In this document: one piece after another, positions 25,305 through 29,442 of the stretch
Layout of the letters: every line of letters starts with the position of its first letter
How positions within the stretch are numbered: the stretch's first letter is position 1
Virus record (IMG/VR): IMGVR_UViG_3300033067_000453
Location: 1-29,442 of that record
Length of the DNA: 29,442 bases
From: a virus
Lineage: Duplodnaviria > Caudoviricetes
Reading direction: 5' to 3' (one strand)
Made by a program: the position numbers and the translations under genes
The notes under the pieces: generated by a model
Told to the model about the DNA's origin: nothing
What the model saw: the letters and a program-made list of their open reading frames with translations, nothing else
The model's database searches: none

Positions 25305-27371
25305 ATGACAGTCACCGCCACCGACCGCCGCGCCGGGCCGTTTTACGGCAACGGCGTAACTACCCAGTTCCCGTTCACCTTCAAGGTGTTCAGCGCCGAT
25401 GACCTGGAGGTGACGTACGCGAACGCCGCTGGCGTGGCCTCGGTGATCACGTCCGGTTTTACCGTCACGCTGAACGCTGATCAAGACGCGAACCCGGGCG
25501 GGTACATCACGTACCCGCTGTCCGGTTCCCCCATGGCCAGCCCGGCCAGCCTGGTGGCCATTGGTGCCACAGCGTACAGCCAACCGGCGGCTTTTTCCAA
25601 CGTGGGCCGGTTCCTGCCTGAAGTGCACGAACGTGCGTTCGATCGGCAGGCGATCTTGTCCCAGCAGCTGGCCGAAAAGCTGGGGCGCCAGCTGACGATC
25701 CCGCCGGACGGGCCCTTCCCTGTGACAGCGCTGCCAACGCGTGCATCCCGATATGACCGGCTGCTGTGCTTTGCTGATCTGTCCGGCCAGCCGAACGTCA
25801 CCCCGTTCACGGTGACTCAGGTGGCCAGCGCGATTGCAGCCGCATATACCGGCGCGGCCGGCCCGGTCGACGCGCTATCCTTCATTCAGTCGGGCACTGG
25901 TGCAGTCACCCGCACCGCGCAGGCCAAGATGCGCGAGCGCGTAAGCCCTGAAGACTATGGCGCCGTGGGCGACGGGATGACGAACGACCGCACCGCATTC
26001 ACAAACGCTTTTGCGGCCGCGCGTTGGCTGGAACTGACGCCTGGAAAGACGTACTACCTCGGGCAGCAGTCCAGCAACAGCGCGATCTTTTCGCTGTCTG
26101 GCACGAACGGGCGCGGCATGCGGTTCAACGGCGCCGAAATCGTCGTGCAGACCTCTGGCGGCAACTACAACGCGCCACTGTTCCAGCTGGACAACATGAC
26201 CGGCTTTACGCTGGAGGGTCCACGGGTCCGAGACACTGGTTTCGACCAGTCCGTGACGTGGAAAGGCATCAGCCTGATCCGCTTGCACCCTGCCACGGGC
26301 GAGGTCGTTGACGTGCAAGTACGCGGCGCGTATCTGCAGGGGGTGGTGGCTGCGATTGACGCAGACACCGCAGCCAACCGGGCCAAAAAGATTTGGTTTG
26401 ACGGCGACATTGAGAATTGCTACTACGGCATCAACCTGGGTAACAACGGCGACGCGCTCACGGCTTTCTACCGCACCTACAACGCGGTGCGCTCGTATTT
26501 TTGCTACGGCATCCGGGACCATGAAGTGTTCTGTATTTCTGATGCCCACGCGGCCGCCGGCAACGCTGACTTCCTCATCAAGTGCCGCGATGCTGCGTTT
26601 CCGACGCACGACATCAGGGCGCGCTTCGTGTCGAAGGGCTCGCTTGCCACGACCAACCCCCAACTGGTGTTTGAGTCGCATAACAACAGTGGTAACGCTG
26701 CCATCTGGGACGTGACTGTCGACTATTGCGACAGGCAAAGCCCTGGGCTTTCCTCAAGCATCGCTTTTCGCCACTACAACGATGCGGGCGTCCTGCAGTC
26801 GACCGATCCGAACACGAAGGCAAACATCATCGTGCGCGGGTACGCTGGTTCGGCGATTGAAACTCTTTCGGTACCGACGACGATCCAGAAGTGGTATCTA
26901 GACGCCGTTCGTCCGCTCATCCCGGCGTTTCGTGCTTTCAAATCTGCGGTGTCATCCAACGTCACCGGCGCCGGTACGTCTTACATCCCGATTTTCGACA
27001 CGGTCGAATACGACCTCGGCTCGAACTACAACGCCGGGAATGGCATCTTCACGGCCCCGTGGGACGGCTATTACACCTTCGCCTACACGGCTCTCGTCAC
27101 TGACTTGAGCACGGCGGCCGCGTTGCTCGACATGACGATCGTAACGACGGGCAGGACATACAACCAGCAAATGGGTTTGTCTCCCGCCACTGCAGCCCTG
27201 CAGCAGGCTGCAACCTTCACGGTCCCGCGGGTGTACATGGCGGCGGGTCAGACCGCATCGTGCCGCGTCCGTGTCACGGGCATGGCCGGCAACACCGCAG
27301 ACCTGTACGGCGATGCGACGACGATCTACACGTCATTCTCCGGGTTCCAGGAGCGGACGTGGAACGCATGA
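25305..27371 (+). CDS. Tail fibre/tailspike: T7 gp17-like adaptor, beta-helix domain and C-terminal C1q-like domain
   Basis: GPFYGNGVTTQFPFTFKVF..DL adaptor; VSPEDYGAVGDG..NDRTAF pectate-lyase-3-type opening; FDTV.YD.G..YN..GIFTAP.DGYY.F...SFSGF C1q pattern. Confidence 0.9.
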   Translation: MTVTATDRRAGPFYGNGVTTQFPFTFKVFSADDLEVTYANAAGVASVITSGFTVTLNADQDANPGGYITYPLSGSPMASPASLVAIGATAYSQPAAFSNVGRFLPEVHERAFDRQAILSQQLAEKLGRQLTIPPDGPFPVTALPTRASRYDRLLCFADLSGQPNVTPFTVTQVASAIAAAYTGAAGPVDALSFIQSGTGAVTRTAQAKMRERVSPEDYGAVGDGMTNDRTAFTNAFAAARWLELTPGKTYYLGQQSSNSAIFSLSGTNGRGMRFNGAEIVVQTSGGNYNAPLFQLDNMTGFTLEGPRVRDTGFDQSVTWKGISLIRLHPATGEVVDVQVRGAYLQGVVAAIDADTAANRAKKIWFDGDIENCYYGINLGNNGDALTAFYRTYNAVRSYFCYGIRDHEVFCISDAHAAAGNADFLIKCRDAAFPTHDIRARFVSKGSLATTNPQLVFESHNNSGNAAIWDVTVDYCDRQSPGLSSSIAFRHYNDAGVLQSTDPNTKANIIVRGYAGSAIETLSVPTTIQKWYLDAVRPLIPAFRAFKSAVSSNVTGAGTSYIPIFDTVEYDLGSNYNAGNGIFTAPWDGYYTFAYTALVTDLSTAAALLDMTIVTTGRTYNQQMGLSPATAALQQAATFTVPRVYMAAGQTASCRVRVTGMAGNTADLYGDATTIYTSFSGFQERTWNA

Positions 27372-27402
27372 AGTTTTAACGACGCGATGAAAGGCCCCGC
27401 CC

Positions 27403-27795
27403 ATGCGCATCGTCATCATCATCGCACTGTGCCTGCACCTGATCGCGCCGCTGGCCGTTTGGGCGCAGGCCGCCGCCAAGGGGCCGCTGGACTACAGCCT
27501 CAAACAGTACGGCCTGATCCTGGGCGTGGCCACCCTGGGTGGGCTGGTCAGCTGGTACGGCAAGGTCAGCCGCGGCGTGCTGCCGCCGTGGTCAATCCAC
27601 CACCTGGTGGGCGAGCTGGTCACCAGTAGTCTGGCTGGCCTGTTGTGCTTCTGGCTTTGCGAATGGGCGGGCCTGGCGCCGCTGCTCACGGCCGCGCTGG
27701 TGGGTCTGTCGGGTCATGCGGGCGCCAAGGGCATCCAGCTTCTGGAAAATTGGGCCGCCAAACGGTTCCAAGAGCGGGCAGGGGGTACGTCATGA
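27403..27795 (+). CDS. Holin (LydA-like)
   Basis: LGGLVSW, GELVTSSLAGLLCFWLCEW, AALVGLSGHAG pattern; three to four hydrophobic segments; basic C-terminus. Confidence 0.82.
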   Translation: MRIVIIIALCLHLIAPLAVWAQAAAKGPLDYSLKQYGLILGVATLGGLVSWYGKVSRGVLPPWSIHHLVGELVTSSLAGLLCFWLCEWAGLAPLLTAALVGLSGHAGAKGIQLLENWAAKRFQERAGGTS

Positions 27796-27998
27796 ACTTC
27801 GAGTCCATCATCCTGGCCAGCGCGATCACCACCGCGCCCCCGGCCCTTGAGCCTGCCGCCATGCACCTGGAGCCCGGCCAGGCCGTACAGTGCAAGGCGG
27901 AAGGCGGCTGTGTGGTGTTCAACATCCCCGGGCTGGAGCAGGCGCTGAACGAAGCGCACGCTGCGGGCGCGCGCGAGAAGTGCGGGAGGGCGATCTGA
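27792..27998 (+). CDS. Hypothetical protein in lysis cassette (68 aa)
   Basis: ATGA and TGATG overlaps, GGGGG RBS, CKAEGGC motif. Confidence 0.65.
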   Translation: MNFESIILASAITTAPPALEPAAMHLEPGQAVQCKAEGGCVVFNIPGLEQALNEAHAAGAREKCGRAI

Positions 27999-28540
27999 TG
28001 CTTGCCATCCTCTCTGCCATCTTGGGCTTCGCGGGCCCGTTCATCCCCGAGGTCATCAAGCTGTTTCGCCAGAAGGCCGACAACGCCCACGAGCTGGCCG
28101 TCCTGCAGATGCAGGCCCAGCTGGCCGAAAAGCAGCACCTGTACCGCATGGAGGAAATCAGCAGCCAGGCCGACATTGCCGAAATGCAGACCCTGCGCCA
28201 GCCGCAGCAGAGCTTTGGCGTGCAGATCCTGGACGCGGCCGCGCACTGGCCCAAGATGGTGATCCTGCCCGTGTTCTACCTGTTCGCCGTGCTGGACTTC
28301 ATCAACGGCATCATCCGCCCCGGCGTCACGTCCTGCATGGTGGGCTTTTACCTGGCCTTCAAGTGGAGCCAGTACGAGCTGGCCAAGGTCCGTATGGGCG
28401 ACTATGCGCAGGCCGTGCAGGCGATCTGGTCAGACAACGACTTCGCCGTCCTGATGCTGTGCCTGGGCTACTACTTCGGGCACAGGACGATGAAGGCGGT
28501 GTTTGGCGGCAGCACCAACACCAGCAAGGCTGGAGGGTAG
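27998..28540 (+). CDS. Membrane protein, 3TM-holin-like
   Basis: Amphipathic N-terminus MLAILSAILGFAG, coiled coil (D.AHELA), INGIIRPGVT, CLGYYFGHRT; GGAGGG RBS. Confidence 0.7.
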   Translation: MLAILSAILGFAGPFIPEVIKLFRQKADNAHELAVLQMQAQLAEKQHLYRMEEISSQADIAEMQTLRQPQQSFGVQILDAAAHWPKMVILPVFYLFAVLDFINGIIRPGVTSCMVGFYLAFKWSQYELAKVRMGDYAQAVQAIWSDNDFAVLMLCLGYYFGHRTMKAVFGGSTNTSKAGG

Positions 28541-28541
28541 G

Positions 28542-29129
28542 GTGGGCCTGGCGCTTCGGCTCAGCACCACGCTGAGCGGCTGGGCGGCTGCGGCCAATGA
28601 GCCGTTCCTGCCGCCGCCTGCCGCCGTCACCCCGTTGCGGGTGGCCACGGGCGCGCGGGAGGTCAACGCCACCGGCTGCGCGCTGATCGAATCATTCGAG
28701 GGACGGCACAAGCGCGGGCCTGACGGCCTGATCTACCCGTACCACGACCATGTGGGCTACCCCACGCAGGGCGTCGGGCGTCTGCTGAGCCGGGAAAAGT
28801 GGGCCGACCTGAGCCAGTGGGCACCCATTGATGACGCCACCTGTGACGCCTGGCTGCGGGAGGATCTGGACAGGTTCGCACGCGGCATCGAGCGCATGTG
28901 CGGCCGTGCGCGGCTGACGGACAACGAATTCGCCGCCCTGGTGAGCTGGGCCTTCAATGTCGGGACTGGCAACGCGCAGGGCTCAACCCTGATCCGCATG
29001 CTGGTGCGCGGCGACGACCGCGGCGAAGTGGCCGACCAGTTACTGCGATGGAACAAGGCCGACGGCAAGATCAGTAAGGGCCTGGCGCGGCGCCGGGCGG
29101 CTGAGCGGATTCTGTTCCTTACCCAATAG
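28542..29129 (+). CDS. Endolysin, GH24 lysozyme
   Basis: IESFEG catalytic Glu, Y.D.VGYPT.GVG, LTDNEFAALVSWAFNVG.G..STL, RWNKA.G..GLARRRAAE..LF. GTG at 28542 with GGAGGG RBS. Confidence 0.92.
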   Translation: MGLALRLSTTLSGWAAAANEPFLPPPAAVTPLRVATGAREVNATGCALIESFEGRHKRGPDGLIYPYHDHVGYPTQGVGRLLSREKWADLSQWAPIDDATCDAWLREDLDRFARGIERMCGRARLTDNEFAALVSWAFNVGTGNAQGSTLIRMLVRGDDRGEVADQLLRWNKADGKISKGLARRRAAERILFLTQ

Positions 29130-29168
29130 CCTTTTTGGCTGTCTCCCGGTAGCCCCTGGCTGCCGTTC

Positions 29169-29197
29169 TCCCCCTGGCTTTGGCTGGGGGGATTTTT
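29169..29197 (+). terminator. Rho-independent terminator ending the late transcript
   Basis: TCCCCCTGGC-TTTG-GCTGGGGGGA hairpin followed by TTTTT, between convergent genes. Confidence 0.8.
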
Positions 29198-29440
29198 CTA
29201 TTTCAGCGCCTCCTTGATGGCGTCAGCGGCAAGGTCCGCGCCGTCGCTCAACCCTTCGACGTAGGGATTGCCGCGCTTGCCCTGTGGCGCGTCGGGATTG
29301 TGGCCCTTAAAGGCGCGGTGTTCGCGGTCACTGATTTCCTCGCACACCTTCACGGCCACATCGCGGGCGTGCTGTATGGCGGCTTGCCAGCCATACCATT
29401 GATAGCGCACCCACTCGGTGATGTAGTCGCCATCTAAGAA
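29198..29440 (-). CDS. Hypothetical phage protein, 3' part (5' end beyond window)
   Basis: Minus frame is open to the window edge (FLDGDYITEWVRYQWYGWQAA...). Converges on the terminator; GxY..W.GWQAA is reminiscent of early-region accessory proteins. Confidence 0.6.
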   Translation of the reverse strand, partial: FLDGDYITEWVRYQWYGWQAAIQHARDVAVKVCEEISDREHRAFKGHNPDAPQGKRGNPYVEGLSDGADLAADAIKEALK

Positions 29441-29442
29441 TT

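Larger units (their letters stand above)
1..29442 (+). mobile_element. Tailed bacteriophage/prophage segment: BPP-1/epsilon15-like podovirus structural module joined to a lambdoid replication/nin region
   Basis: Uninterrupted gene order DnaC-nin genes-TerS-TerL-portal-scaffold-capsid-cement-tail tubes-internal virion proteins-tailspike-holins-endolysin. No host housekeeping genes. No integrase or att in window, so lifestyle is not shown directly. Confidence 0.96.

Noticed and set aside
27362-27393. GAACGCATG as a possible sixth promoter before the holin
   Set aside because: Only 7/9 match and the N17 hexamer is TGAAAG, not xAxAxT.
29180-29437. 85-aa + strand ORF after the endolysin as a possible spanin
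   Set aside because: Starts inside the terminator, has no RBS or lipobox, and is antisense to a more plausible gene.
25305-29442. BPP-1-type diversity-generating retroelement near the tail fibre
   Set aside because: No reverse transcriptase ORF, no Avd-like gene and no adenine-variant VR/TR repeat seen; the tailspike is followed directly by lysis genes.
1-29442. tRNA, rRNA, IS elements, integrase/att sites, introns or inteins
   Set aside because: Intergenic gaps are too short and none of the expected motifs were seen; TerL, portal and capsid have ordinary lengths.

Overview
The whole 29.4-kb window is a GC-rich tailed-phage segment (phage or prophage; no integrase, att site or host gene is visible). 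Nearly all genes are on the + strand and tightly coupled through ATGA/GTGA/TGATG overlaps. Left part (1-4165): a lambdoid-type replication/nin region with a 5'-truncated DnaC/IstB ATPase, DUF4406, a small Cys-finger protein, a short C5-cytosine methyltransferase, NinB, NinG and HTH proteins. Middle (4162-27371): a complete podovirus morphogenesis module of BPP-1/epsilon15 type: TerS, TerL, portal, scaffold, major capsid, cement protein, tail tubes A/B, GNAT protein, three internal-virion/ejection proteins and a tailspike. Right (27403-29129): a lysis cassette with two holin-like genes and a GH24 endolysin, then a convergent truncated gene. Main observations: (1) a bipartite late-promoter motif, GTAYGCRCG-N17-SASAMT, occurs five times, each just before a module start, two of them positioned for leaderless or near-leaderless mRNAs, with a candidate activator gene downstream of the first copy; (2) the 2592-aa ejection protein carries two tandem ADP-ribosyltransferase-like cassettes plus an HExxH metallopeptidase motif, suggesting an injected polyvalent effector; (3) the tail nozzle has a GGxGY beta-repeat insertion and the tailspike ends in a C1q-like domain. 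No DGR, CRISPR, tRNA or rRNA was seen. All family calls come from motif recognition and gene order, not database searches.
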